Source: Candidatus Marinacidobacterales bacterium
GTDB lineage: Bacteria; Acidobacteriota; Vicinamibacteria; Marinacidobacterales; SMYC01
Direction: 5' to 3'
Length of the DNA stretch: 64,000 nucleotides
Assembly: GCA_965237955.1 (NCBI GenBank)
Contig: OZ250169.1
Span: forward strand, 2,336,001-2,400,000
Position numbers and translations under genes: made by a program. Under the pieces are notes generated by a model, which was not told the DNA's origin, ran no database searches, and saw only the letters and a program-made list of their open reading frames with translations. Of this stretch, positions 50,047-60,554 are shown in pieces; the stretch's first letter is position 1, and each line of letters starts with the position of its first letter.

Positions 50047-50127
50047 CTCGCCGCGAAACGGCCAATCCTGGCAGGTCTAAACTGCGGAATCAACGACGGA
50101 TCGAGTTTTTGCGGAGCACCGGAGACG

Positions 50128-51549
50128 ATGCGCCGCAAACGTAGGACCAAGATCGTCGCGACGCTGGGGCCGGCGACCTCAAGTGCAACGGCCATCAATG
50201 CACTGTTCGAGGCAGGGGTCGATGTCTTCCGCTTCAATTTCAGTCATGGCGAACCCGAGAACCACGCCCGGCGCCATCGGATCGTGCGCGAGTTGGAACG
50301 GGATGCGCTCAGGCCAATAGGTATCATGGCCGACATGCAGGGACCCAAGCTTCGCGTCGGCGTCTTCGAAGGCGGGAGCGTCGAGCTTGAGCCGGGACGG
50401 CGTTTCATGCTCGACCGTTCGGACCGGCCCGGCACCGCCGTTCGGGTTTCCGTGCCGCATCCGGAGATCTTCGCCGCTGTCCGGCTTGGCGACGAAATGC
50501 TGCTCGACGACGGGCGGCTCCGGCTGAATGTGACCTCGAAATCCAATGCAGAAGTAGAGACGCAGGTGCTGGTCGGCGGCCGGCTCAGCGACCGCAAGGG
50601 CATCAATCTGCCCGGCGTGATGCTGCCGATCTCGCCGCTTACCGAAAAGGACCTAGTCGATCTGAGATTCGCACTCGAACTCGGGTGCGAATGGATCGCC
50701 CTGTCCTTCGTGCAGCGCCCGGAGGATGTGGTCGAGGCGCGCCGGCTGATCGGCGACCGCGCCCATGTTCTGGTCAAAGTCGAGAAACCATCTGCGCTCG
50801 ACCGTATCGACGAGATTGTCGCCGCCGCCGATGCCGTGATGGTGGCTCGTGGCGATCTCGGCGTGGAAATGCCTCCGGAGGAAGTGCCGATCGCGCAGAA
50901 GACCATCATCCGCACCTGCCGCGACGCCGGCAAACCGGTGATCGTGGCAACGCAGATGCTGGAGTCCATGGTCCAGGCGCCGGTGCCGACGCGCGCCGAG
51001 GTCTCGGACATAGCGACGGCGGTGTACGACGGCGCGGATGCGGTGATGCTGTCGGCGGAAACCGCAGTCGGCGCCTATCCGACTGCGACGGTCCAGATCA
51101 TGGACCGGGTGATTAAACGGGTGGAGCGCGACCCGCTGCACCGTCACATTGCGGCCGCCGACCATCGCCGGCCGCTGGCAACCTCCGCGGATGCGATCTC
51201 GGTGGCGGCCCATCAAGTGGCCGACACCATCGGCGCCGCCGCCATTGTAACCTACACGACCTCCGGGTCGACGACGTTGCGCGCCGCCCGCGAGCGCCCT
51301 GAGCAGCCGATTCTGGGCGTCACGTCCGAACTTGCAACCGCACGGCGTCTGTCGCTAACCTACGGCGTACACAGCGTGCATACGGCGGACGTACGGGACT
51401 TCGACGAAATGGTGCGCAAGGCGGTCGCTGCGGCTGCACTTGAGGAAGTCGCCGGGCCGGGCGATACGGTGGTCATCACTGCCGGGGTGCCTTTTGGCAC
51501 ACCTGACGCCACCAATGTGCTTCGCATCGTCCGCATCGAGCCCGTGTAA
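50128..51549 (+). CDS. pyk: pyruvate kinase
   Basis: TKIVATLGPA, FRFNFSHG, DMQGPKLR, MVARGDLGVE, ATQMLESM, DAVMLSAET. Confidence 0.97.
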   Translation: MRRKRRTKIVATLGPATSSATAINALFEAGVDVFRFNFSHGEPENHARRHRIVRELERDALRPIGIMADMQGPKLRVGVFEGGSVELEPGRRFMLDRSDRPGTAVRVSVPHPEIFAAVRLGDEMLLDDGRLRLNVTSKSNAEVETQVLVGGRLSDRKGINLPGVMLPISPLTEKDLVDLRFALELGCEWIALSFVQRPEDVVEARRLIGDRAHVLVKVEKPSALDRIDEIVAAADAVMVARGDLGVEMPPEEVPIAQKTIIRTCRDAGKPVIVATQMLESMVQAPVPTRAEVSDIATAVYDGADAVMLSAETAVGAYPTATVQIMDRVIKRVERDPLHRHIAAADHRRPLATSADAISVAAHQVADTIGAAAIVTYTTSGSTTLRAARERPEQPILGVTSELATARRLSLTYGVHSVHTADVRDFDEMVRKAVAAAALEEVAGPGDTVVITAGVPFGTPDATNVLRIVRIEPV

Positions 51550-51577
51550 TCTGTTGCTGGTCTGGGTGCGTGCTCCG

Positions 51578-51803
51578 CGTCCTGTCCAAAAATACAAACG
51601 AACTCAAGACCCACGCGCCGGGACGTTTCGGAAGGTACTGTCAAGTTGACGAAAAGCTAGTCGATCGATCCCCAAGATACTGGGCTCGAGCCCGTCGTGA
51701 GCACGCCATGCTGGGCATCGGAAACGGCCGCCAGCCTCAACTTGACAATACCGAGCGCAACCATCAAGGGCTTGACAACGCGTTTGTATTTTTGGACACG
51801 ACG
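51578..51803. mobile_element. 226-bp mini-element bounded by 23-bp inverted right-type ends
   Basis: CGTCCTGTCCAAAAATACAAACG / CGTTTGTATTTTTGGACACGACG; contains ERNHQGLDN integrase scrap. Confidence 0.8.
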
Positions 51804-52673
51804 GTATACACGAATTCGCGGCGCCCTCTCGAATCTCGGCCATACCGTAGCCAGGAGCACCATCGCCAATATTCTGCGAGAGCATGACATCGAGCCCGCG
51901 CCGGAGCGAAGTGAGCGAACGCCATGGCGCACGTTTCTCGCCGCCCATTGGGAAACCGTTGCTGCGACCGACTTCTTCACCGTCGAGGTCGCCACAGTTC
52001 GCAGGCTCGTGACCTACTATGTGCTCGTCGTCATCGAGCTGTCTTCGCGAAAAGTGCACATTGCCGGAATCACTCCGGGGCCAGATGGCCCGTTCATGAT
52101 GCAGGTCGGTCGGAATCTCACCGACCCATTCGACGGCTTTCTGCGCGGCAAGCGATTCCTCATCCTGGACCGCGACAAGAAGTTCACCACGGAGTTTCGC
52201 GATTTACTCGAGCACGCTGGAACGGACGTCATTCGGCTGCCGCACTGTTCGCCGAATCTGAACGCTTATGTCGAAAGGTTTGTTTTGTCGATCAAGAGCG
52301 AGTGCTTGGAGCGGATGATCTTCTTCAGTGAGCCATCGCTGCGTCGTGCCGTCACTGAGTTCATCCATCATTATCACGGAGAGCGCAACCATCAAGGGCT
52401 CGGGAACTCGTTGCTCGAAGCGGAAGAATGCGTCGGCAGTCCTCACGGGAAGGTGCGATGTCGTAAGCGATTGGGCGGTTTGCTCAGTTATTACCACCGC
52501 GCCGCCGCATAGGAGTTCGGGCGCGCCAGTTGGACGGAACGGATGGTCTGGAGGAGAGGTCTGCTCGGGAGCGCCTATCGCAGAGCCCGTGTCGCGTCGG
52601 CTGGTCTCCGCGAATCTCGAGAACGCCTCCAGGATTCGAGCTTTCGGCTCCGTCCGCATTTTCGGACACGACG
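51804..52673 (+). pseudogene. 5'-truncated rve/DDE integrase with its element right end
   Basis: [50 protein letters not shown]; stop 52512; terminus TTTTCGGACACGACG at 52673. Confidence 0.88.
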
Positions 52674-52809
52674 GGATTGACCTTGCTTCACTTCAGCAAT
52701 GGGAGTCAGGTCACCAGTGCCGGTGCCCTTGTCGACCATGGAGGGGAAGCCCCTCATCAAGGATCAGGCTTGGGCATGCGGTAGCCGACCCGCAGCTCGG
52801 TCAAGATGT

Positions 52810-52863
52810 CGTCCTGTGCCAAAACTCGGCCCTTTTGAAATAGACCATAAATCAGCAGCTTAG
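52810..52863 (+). repeat. left-type element terminus
   Basis: CGTCCTGTGCCAAAACTCGGCCCTTTTGAAATAGACCATAAATCAGCAGCTTAG. Confidence 0.92.
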
Positions 52864-52931
52864 TGTTTATGGTGCGTTCCTGCGCAACCTGATCCGTCTC
52901 GCGTTTTAGCTGCTCCGGGCGGTCCTCAGCC

Positions 52932-52997
52932 AAGATGTCCCGGAACGTCAGGCACTGCATGGTCAGCCCAGCCTGTATCGCCGAAAGAACTGCGTGT
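52932..52997 (-). mobile_element. probable IS1-like transposase C-terminal remnant
   Basis: Translates AIQAGLTMQCLTFRDI; second copy 61355-61419 (AMPAALTTWCLTFRDIF); family from memory. Confidence 0.45.
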
Positions 52998-53336
52998 CCC
53001 TCCTATAAATTCCGTCCGGTGCAGAAATCCTGGTCTTTCAGGGTGATGCCCGATAGCGTTGGTGGCATGCGCACGATCCTGCTTCACGGCGTTGTTTCGG
53101 CGAGCCAGTTGCGTCTGTCCGCGCCCCGCTCTCTCGTCGGCGCAAACGCTCCCCCTGGAAATCAGGATTCGAGACCAGGCGCAACGTCAACGCCGTCACA
53201 ATGCGTGCTAAGCTTTTGTAAAGCAAGAATGTCCTACGCCCTCTTTGCCATTGATGTCGTCATCCTCTTAATCGTGTTGACGGGAGCGGTCTGGTCTCAC
53301 GTCGGGTAGGATGCCTCGATTTGGGAGGTATATAGC

Positions 53337-54296
53337 ATGAAACGCTTTTTTCTCCTTGCGTTGCTGGCCCTCACCGTAAGCGCGTCAACCGCATTCGGGG
53401 ACGACGCCGTTGATTCCGTGCTCGACAACCTCGAATGGCGCAATATCGGCCCGGCGATTATGGGCGGTCGCATCAACGATTTTGCGGTCGTCGAGTCGAA
53501 CCCGAAGGTTGCCTTCGTGGCGACGGCGTCCGCTGGAATTTGGAAAACGACAAACAACGGTATCACCTGGGAGTCGCTTTTCGACGACCAACCGGTATCG
53601 AGCGTCGGCGATGTCGCGGTCGCGCCGTCCGACCCTTCGATCGTCTGGGCCGGCACCGGAGAGCCGGCGAACCGCCAAAGCTCCTCATGGGGCGACGGCG
53701 TCTACAAGTCGATGGACGGTGGTGCAACGTGGACGAACATGGGACTCGAGGACACTCACCATATCGGACGGGTGCGCATCCACCCTACGAATCCCAACAT
53801 CGTCTACGTTGCGGCGCTCGGGCATCTCTGGGGGCCGAACGAGCAACGTGGCGTCTTCAAGACGACCGACGGCGGCAAGACCTGGAAAAATACCAAATTC
53901 ATCAGCGAGAACACCGGCTTCGTCGACCTCGCGATGGATCCCGAAAGTCCGGACACGCTCTACGCCGCGGCCTACCAGAGGCGCCGACGCGCGTTCGGTT
54001 TCAACGGCGGTGGTCCCGAAAGCGGCCTGTACAAGACGACCGACGGCGCCACGACGTGGACGAAGCTCGCTAAGGGCCTCCCTGAAGGCGATACCGGCCG
54101 GATCGGCATCGATATCTATCGCAAAGACGCGCGCATCGTCTACGCGATTGTCCAGAACGCCGAGGGTGGCATCTTTCGTTCGGAAGACAAGGGCGAAACG
54201 TGGGAGAAGATGAGCGATACCAACCCGCGCCCGATGTACTACAGCCAGATTCGCATCGACCCCGTCCTGTGCCAAAACTCGGCCCTCTTGAAATAG
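53337..54296 (+). pseudogene. secreted VPS10/sortilin-like BNR-repeat protein, 3'-truncated at 54262
   Basis: Signal peptide, WRNIGPA.MGGRI, repeated KTTDGG.TW; last 10 residues [10 protein letters not shown] come from the element terminus. Confidence 0.85.
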
Positions 54297-54580
54297 CCTA
54301 TAAATCAGCAGCTTAGCGTCTGTGTTTTGCGACGGTGCCAAGGGCTGTGGGCTTTACAATCGTCTGGCTCGAGGGTGTTATCTTCGGATCCATCATGACG
54401 TACCATGTGCAAATCCTACTGTTGGTCAGGCAGCCGTTGTTCGATCGGGCAGCCCTTGCTGCTCACACAGACCTCATGGGTGCTTCCGCCATTAAGTGTT
54501 GGTAAAATGACGCTAAGACTTCACGGTGCATTGAATTACAGCCATGGTATTTCAAAAGGGCCGAGTTTTGGCACAGGACG
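54263..54580. mobile_element. 318-bp mini-element bounded by inverted left-type ends
   Basis: CGTCCTGTGCCAAAACTCGGCCC at both ends; holds integrase leader and start plus MITE-2 fragment 54479-54544. Confidence 0.82.
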
Positions 54581-54826
54581 CGATGGGGCCAGTGTCATTC
54601 GCGCTTGCCGGCAGAGGTGTGATGAGCTCGTTGCAGAGACCTTGGTGGTTCCGTTCTGTGTGATAGTGCACTACGTATTCGGTTACCGCTGTGCGCAGGT
54701 GTCGCTCACTGAGAGGTACGAAGCGGTCGAGACACTCTCGACGTATGGAGAGAACGAATCTTTCCGCGTATGCGTTCAGATTCGGACTATTAGCGGGAAG
54801 GCGCAGGGGCTTCACGCCTGAATCTC
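54581..54826 (-). pseudogene. rve integrase C-terminal fragment
   Basis: [12 protein letters not shown]...HTERNHQG; 54666-54826 nearly identical to 56330-56491. Confidence 0.85.
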
Positions 54827-54859
54827 TCCGATGTCGAGCTCGATGTACTTATTTGCACC

Positions 54860-55128
54860 ATACGGGCTACGACCGAATCCAAGGAGCTATGGCCAACCTC
54901 GGCCACAAGATTGCGCCGAACACGGTGAAGCGGCTCTTGAAGGAGCACGGTATCGAAGCCCCACGATAGTAATAACGAAGTAGGCTGCCGAGTCGCTCGC
55001 GGCACTCGACGCTGGGCCCATCCGCGTCCCGGGGAATATCGTCTAGCAAACGGTTGCCGAGACCCTGGTGATTCCTCTCACGCAGATAATGGAGACGATA
55101 TTCGCGGAGAGCGCGTTCCAACGCATTC
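54860..55128. pseudogene. two further rve integrase scraps in opposite orientation
   Basis: + GYDRIQGAMANLGHKIAPNTVKRLLKEHGIE; - [25 protein letters not shown]. Confidence 0.75.
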
Positions 55129-55131
55129 CGG

Positions 55132-55297
55132 GGTGCTTCCGCTATTAAGTGTTGGTGAGATGACACTAAGACGTACGGTGCATTCAATTACAGCCAAAAT
55201 AGCGCCTCGTGACCTTCGCTGCGCGCTAAATGGAGCGTAAGCGCGTCTTTTGCAAAGGGATACGTACACATCACCAACAGCAAACAGCGGAAGCACC
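55132..55297. mobile_element. 166-bp MITE-2
   Basis: GGTGCTTCCGCT...AGCGGAAGCACC; homologous to 49822-49987. Confidence 0.87.
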
Positions 55298-55335
55298 AGT
55301 CCTCTCGCAACCGGAGCGGCTTATAATCGCAGGAC

Positions 55336-56091
55336 GTGAGCAGCAAAACCCTGTCCGATCTACTCGAAAGCGCTCACAGCGTGTTCGTCTTTACCGGGGC
55401 CGGGGTGTCCACCGGAAGCGGTATCGCGGACTTTCGCGGACCTCAGGGTGTTTGGAAACGCAGACAGCCCGTATACCTCCAGGATTTTCTCGCCTCCGAG
55501 GACGCCCGCAACGAGTATTGGGATCAAAAGCTGGAGGCCTGGCCGTCGTTTCGTTCCGCCGAGCCGAACCCTACCCACCACGCTGCCGTTGAGCTCGAAA
55601 GAGCCGACCGGCTGGCTGCCGTCGTGACGCAGAACATCGACGGTCTTCACTCTCGAGCGGGAACATCGCCGGAAATGCTCGTCGAGCTCCACGGAACGAA
55701 CCGGTGGATCGAATGTCTGAGTTGCCGGCAGCGAATTGAGCCCGACCCTCACTTCGAGCGATTTTGCAAGACGAAGAGGGCGCCGCTCTGCCACTGCGGC
55801 GGCTATCTCAAGGCCGCCACGATCAGCTTCGGCCAAAACCTCAATTCTTCTGAGCTTGAGCGCGCTGCCGAGGCCGCCAATCGGGCAGACCTCGTGGTGG
55901 CGCTCGGATCGACACTCTCCGTGTATCCAGCGGCCGGCTTTCCGCTCATGGCGGCGGAGAGGGGGGCACCCTACGTCGTCATCAACCGAGGCGAGACCGA
56001 TCACGACCATCACCCGTCCTTGACGCTGCGCCTGGAAGGTGACGTCTCCGAGATCTTTCCGCAAGCGGTGGAAGAGGCCCTGAAAGGCTAA
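55336..56091 (+). CDS. NAD-dependent protein deacylase (Sir2/CobB family)
   Basis: TGAGVSTGSGIADFRG, TQNIDGLH, ELHG, CxxC/CxC zinc site, GSTLSVYPAA, INRGET. Confidence 0.92.
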   Translation: MSSKTLSDLLESAHSVFVFTGAGVSTGSGIADFRGPQGVWKRRQPVYLQDFLASEDARNEYWDQKLEAWPSFRSAEPNPTHHAAVELERADRLAAVVTQNIDGLHSRAGTSPEMLVELHGTNRWIECLSCRQRIEPDPHFERFCKTKRAPLCHCGGYLKAATISFGQNLNSSELERAAEAANRADLVVALGSTLSVYPAAGFPLMAAERGAPYVVINRGETDHDHHPSLTLRLEGDVSEIFPQAVEEALKG

Positions 56092-56327
56092 CGGTCTCTG
56101 AGGCCTGCCTGAACGGCGGAGGACAGCGTTGCCTCACCCGGAGATACCGTTAGGCTAGGAACCGGTGCTCGTTGTGCCAGCGCAAATACATGCCAGGCGT
56201 TAACCAACACGCGGATTTCAGGTTGATTCACCGTCGGCTTCATGCTGCTCGTGCCCTGACCAGATGAGCGTGGGAGATCGGATGCTATAAAAAAAGATCG
56301 TGCCGGGGCTTGACAGTTCAATACATA

Positions 56328-57391
56328 TCAGTGCACTACGTATTCGGTTACCGCTGTGCGCAGGTGTCGCTCACTGAGAGGTACGAAGCGGTCGAGACAC
56401 TCTCGACGTATGGAGAGAACGAATCTTTCCGCATATGCGTTCAGATTCGGACTATTAGCGGGAAGGCGAAGGGGCTTCACGCCTGAATCTCTCAACAGCC
56501 CACGTACCGCCTCGGTGAATAGCGGGTCCCGGTCGTGGATGAGGTATCGCTTGCCAAGGAGGAAACCATCCCACATGTCAGTGAGGTTTCTTGCCACTTG
56601 CTTCATCCACTCCCCGTTGGGGTCCGACGTTATCCCACCGATGCACACGCAGCGAGTGGCGATATCGATGACAAACAGGACATGGTAGCGGACGAGCCCG
56701 AACGGGTTCACAACCTCGACGGTGAACAGGTCTGTCGCAGCGATGGCGCCCCAATGAGCCTTGATGAAGGTGCTCCACGACATGCTCCTGCCCCGCTCCG
56801 GGGCAGGAGCGATACCGTGCTCGGCGAGGATCCTCTTGATGGTGTTGCGTCCGAGTTCATGTCCTAGGTTCTTGAGTGCGCCTCGCAGGCGCGTATATCC
56901 CCACGTCGGGTTCTCCTGCGCCACGCGCACAATGAGCTCACGGATGTCCTTCGCCGTCGGAGGTCGGCCTGGACTCCGGTTCTTGCTGCCATCGTAGTTG
57001 GCTGCGATGAGGTGGCGGTACCAGCGCAGAAGCGTAGCGGGTGTGGCAACCGACGCAATCTGGGCCAGCGCCTCGCGGCCCAAAGCCTGGGCCTTGACCG
57101 CGAGCCTGCGCCGCTCGTCGTCCGAGAGACTGAGACGCTTGCCCCGAAGCCCGGCCCGGAGCACACGGTTCTCCTCTTGCAGGTAGTCGATCACATCCTG
57201 CTGCTGGCGGTTGACCCAGCCAGCTAGAACGAGCAGTAGGAATTGCACGTGGTACGTCATCATGGACCTGAAGATAACACCCTCGGGCCAGACGATTGTA
57301 AAGCCTACGGCCCTTGGCCCCGGCGCAAACACAGACACTAAGCTGCTGATTTATGGCCTATTTCAAAAGGGCCGAGTTTTGGCACAGGACG
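56328..57391 (-). mobile_element. rve/DDE integrase element: intact left terminus and gene (57263-56328), 3' end lost
   Basis: Terminus ...GGCACAGGACG at 57391; [37 protein letters not shown]; stops at EYVVH. Confidence 0.88.
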
Positions 57392-57454
57392 AGGTCGAGC
57401 GCACTAGCTCCACCGTGCGCGGCTTCTTGTATCGCTTCTTCACCTGCCACACCA

Positions 57455-57646
57455 TCAAGCTACCTCGCTGCCCTTCTTCCCAGTTCCCGTGATGAATCCC
57501 TCACATAGCCCCTCAAGGCGAGCCATCCGCTCACGGAGATCAGCAATGTCACGGCGAAGTTTCCGGTTATTGCTGAAGAGTAGACCTCCGATCGTCACGC
57601 CAACCGCTAGGATTGCGATCAATTCTGCGCTCATCGGTTTCTCCAC
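57455..57646 (-). CDS. small TM + coiled-coil hypothetical protein
   Basis: GGGAGG RBS; MSAELIAILAVGVTIGGLL then DLRERMARLEG. Confidence 0.65.
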   Translation of the reverse strand: MEKPMSAELIAILAVGVTIGGLLFSNNRKLRRDIADLRERMARLEGLCEGFITGTGKKGSEVA

Positions 57647-57691
57647 AGCCTCCCATCCTCAAGTATAAAAGAGAAGCTCCGGGAAGCAGCT

Positions 57692-58444
57692 TCAAAACCT
57701 GATCCTGATTCCTCCTCCAAACCGTAACCCGCCGGCTTTGAAACCGAGAGGCTCCCCGCCCTCGCGTTGGACCTCAATGTCAGCCTGACTGAAGCGTACC
57801 AGGAAGGACGCGCCCCACGTTTCCGTGAAATAGTACGCCAAGCCAGCACCAGCGTTGAAGCCGATGGCGGTGTTGTTCAGGGTCACGCTACTAACGCCAG
57901 TTAGAGATATCTCGTCGAACGGGTACTCCGATTTCGGGACAACCTTGTCGATCAATTCTATTTCCGTTGTGAAGACACTCGGACCGGCGAACAACTCGAC
58001 CTCTATCCTCTCGGACGCAATACGGTACGCGAAAGCGGTGTGAACCGTGAACTCTGAGTAGTCTAGTTCATCGAGCGTCTGGCTGGCCTTTAGGTGTTGG
58101 TTGAACAACAGCGGGTGCGGCTCCGAGACGTCCAGAGTCCCGTCCTGCAAGGCTGGAAGGAGTTCGAAGCTAAATCCGAACGAAAACCTCGACGCCAGCG
58201 CGTACATTCCGCCAACCTCGATAGCTGTACCGCTGCCTCCAGAGTACACTCGGCTGGTTGAACCTTGCTCAAGGAACCTCGTGAAGCTAGTGGTCTCGTC
58301 AAGGTTCGGGAGCGTCGGAAGGTAGTTCGCGTGGATGATGAACTGAGCCCGTTTCTCTTTCTTCTCTGGTTCTTCGGCTTCCTGAGCATGAAGAAGCGCC
58401 GGGAGCGCAAGCACTATCGCTAAAGCAAGGCATGTTTTTCTCAC
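57692..58444 (-). CDS. outer-membrane beta-barrel protein
   Basis: Signal peptide, amphipathic strands, C-terminal GGGIRIRF; GTG overlaps upstream stop. Confidence 0.75.
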   Translation of the reverse strand: MRKTCLALAIVLALPALLHAQEAEEPEKKEKRAQFIIHANYLPTLPNLDETTSFTRFLEQGSTSRVYSGGSGTAIEVGGMYALASRFSFGFSFELLPALQDGTLDVSEPHPLLFNQHLKASQTLDELDYSEFTVHTAFAYRIASERIEVELFAGPSVFTTEIELIDKVVPKSEYPFDEISLTGVSSVTLNNTAIGFNAGAGLAYYFTETWGASFLVRFSQADIEVQREGGEPLGFKAGGLRFGGGIRIRF

Positions 58445-59973
58445 TGGACACCTACCGCATTCCATCCGGCACGGACGGTCTGTTCTTCGACGCCGGCGCC
58501 GTAGAGTTCCCTTGCGGCGCGAATCGTGGCTTCACGAGCATCGGAGAAGTTGGAGCTCGGGACCAAGTAGTACATGAAGGCCCTGTAGAAGATCTGTTCC
58601 ATCCGGTCCATTTGCTCGAACCCGATGCCGTTGACGCTGATGCCGGACACCCGATTGGTGCCGCCCATGACCATCAAGTAGAAAGCGTGGTTCACAATGC
58701 TGGAGTTGATATGTACACCCCCACGGTCCAGGTCTCCGAGGTACCGGATTCTGTAGTGATCCGGTTTCGGGTACCTTGCGCTTAATGGGTCGGAGAAAGA
58801 CCGGATATACTCTCCAAAGTTAATAAAAGTGTCCTCGTCCATTACCCAGTCAGCTTGCAGTCTCCCGTCCCCGACAGGCTGAAAGAAGAATTCCGTGGCC
58901 ACTCCCATGATGTCGGATATCGCCTCGTTGAGCGCCCCGGACTCGTTGCGGTAGATCAGATCTGAGGAGTGATTCGTCACTCCATGAGTGATCTCGTGCG
59001 CGACAATATCAAGAGCTGCTGAGTTGAAGGTGGACTCTATGCCGTCCCCATCGCCATAGTTCATTGAGTTGTCGTATGAGTCGTAAAAGGCATTGTTGAA
59101 CCCCGCGCTTTGCGGTAAGAAGTGAACGTAGTTGGTAGCGACGAGCCCTAGGTCGTCAATGCCGTACCGGTTGTAGCGTTTGAAGTAGTAGTCGTATGTG
59201 TACCCGGAATACACATGGGCATCCACGACGGCTCCATCCGTCCACTCATTGTCGCGGTCGGTCGCTAGAAATGCGTCGGTGTCAGCCATGTAATTATTCC
59301 AAGCATAGGTCTTGATGCCGAACGGCCGGATGGTATCGACGGCTCTGAACGTGCCGACGGCCTCCTGAGAGGTCATCTTCTTCCTGTCTCCCCATGTGCC
59401 GATCCCGAGGCCAACGCCCTCATGTTGAGTATGTAGATCGTTCCACGTGAGAAGTCGCTCGCCCGAATGGGCGTCGACAAACGACACCTGGAGTGCACCT
59501 GGACTGCGTGTCCGAACGTAGTACGCGAGCGCATATCTATCGGTAAGTGGCAGGATCACCAGTTCGGTCTCGCCGCCGATGAACGCTTCCGGTCCCTCAA
59601 GTGCGAGCACACGCGCTTCCGCCTCGGCAACCGTGAGAGTTGGGGTCACGCCGACATCGACAGCCTCGTAGATGTTGCCGGTTGCCGACAGCACCAACCC
59701 GGACTGCTTCTGCCACACGAGTTGTCCGCCAAAAACCCGGACGCCTTGATGGTACTGGTTCATTCGTTCGTGGGTCCGGCCGGGGAAAGTGCCGTCCGTC
59801 TGCGAACGCTTGAACTGAAGCTGATCGGTGTCCAGCATCCGGTCGATCTCACTGGCGAGCGCTGGCACTTCCGCGGGGTCGCTAGCCCACAAGGTCCTGG
59901 ACTCACGGAACGGTTGAGCGCTCAGAACCGAATGGAAAGTAAAAAACAGAAACAAAGCGGGTAGAATACGCAC
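58441..59973 (-). CDS. M4 (thermolysin-like) zinc metallopeptidase
   Basis: Signal peptide, propeptide, NNAFY, AHEITH, GALNEAISD, GGVHINS. Confidence 0.93.
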   Translation of the reverse strand: MRILPALFLFFTFHSVLSAQPFRESRTLWASDPAEVPALASEIDRMLDTDQLQFKRSQTDGTFPGRTHERMNQYHQGVRVFGGQLVWQKQSGLVLSATGNIYEAVDVGVTPTLTVAEAEARVLALEGPEAFIGGETELVILPLTDRYALAYYVRTRSPGALQVSFVDAHSGERLLTWNDLHTQHEGVGLGIGTWGDRKKMTSQEAVGTFRAVDTIRPFGIKTYAWNNYMADTDAFLATDRDNEWTDGAVVDAHVYSGYTYDYYFKRYNRYGIDDLGLVATNYVHFLPQSAGFNNAFYDSYDNSMNYGDGDGIESTFNSAALDIVAHEITHGVTNHSSDLIYRNESGALNEAISDIMGVATEFFFQPVGDGRLQADWVMDEDTFINFGEYIRSFSDPLSARYPKPDHYRIRYLGDLDRGGVHINSSIVNHAFYLMVMGGTNRVSGISVNGIGFEQMDRMEQIFYRAFMYYLVPSSNFSDAREATIRAARELYGAGVEEQTVRAGWNAVGVQ

Positions 59974-60070
59974 TGATCACCTCCAAAGATGCGGCGACGG
60001 TGAATTGGTCACCGGGCCAGTTCGTCACAACGAACCGCATGTGGTGGCATGCGGGATCTCGCCTATTCCC

Positions 60071-60186
60071 CGTCCTGTGCCAAAACTCGGCCCTTTTGAA
60101 ATAGACCACAAATCAGCAGCTTAGACGCCCTTGGAATCCGCGCAGAATCGAGGGTACTTCGCGCCGCAGGGCTGGTTTCCGACCCA
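60071..60186 (+). repeat. MITE-1 left-end fragment
   Basis: Nearly identical to 41561-41676. Confidence 0.92.
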
Positions 60187-60249
60187 AAAATCCAGAAAGT
60201 GTGCAGTTTTCGGTTGCCACAAATGGGAAATTTACAGTTGCCGCTAACA
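60187..60249 (+). mobile_element. IS21-like terminal repeat remnant
   Basis: Tandem subterminal repeats (..GGTTGCC..AGTTGCC) ending TAACA. Confidence 0.5.
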
Positions 60250-60500
60250 GTTTACGCCGAATATCACGTTGGACCTTGGACACTATCTGCCTCCCTTCTT
60301 GGGGCTCCAGAGTGCCCAATGAGGTCCGTAATATCTTCAATCAACGGACCGCTCTGGCCTCCGGGTCTCGCTCGCCCCACGACGGGCGACTAACTTCCCG
60401 GACAGTATCCGCCATCGTCCCTGGCCCGGCTCCCCGGAGGGTTTCGTTGTGCCCGGTATTGTGATTCGAGGCTTGCCCACCGCCAGATCACCGCGCACCC

Positions 60501-60542
60501 CGTCCTGTGCCAAAACTCGGCCCTTTTGAAATAGACCATAAA
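60501..60542 (+). repeat. left-type element terminus
   Basis: CGTCCTGTGCCAAAACTCGGCCCTTTTGAAATAGACCATAAA. Confidence 0.92.
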
Positions 60543-60554
60543 GATCGCGAAGCG

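Noticed and set aside
53229-53309. 26-aa hydrophobic ORF MSYALFAIDVVILLIVLTGAVWSHVG
   Set aside because: No clear RBS or recognisable homology; cannot be supported from sequence alone
55336-56091. Sir2 as an anti-phage NADase (Thoeris/DSR type)
   Set aside because: Canonical ~250-aa zinc-binding deacylase with no effector fusion or partner gene
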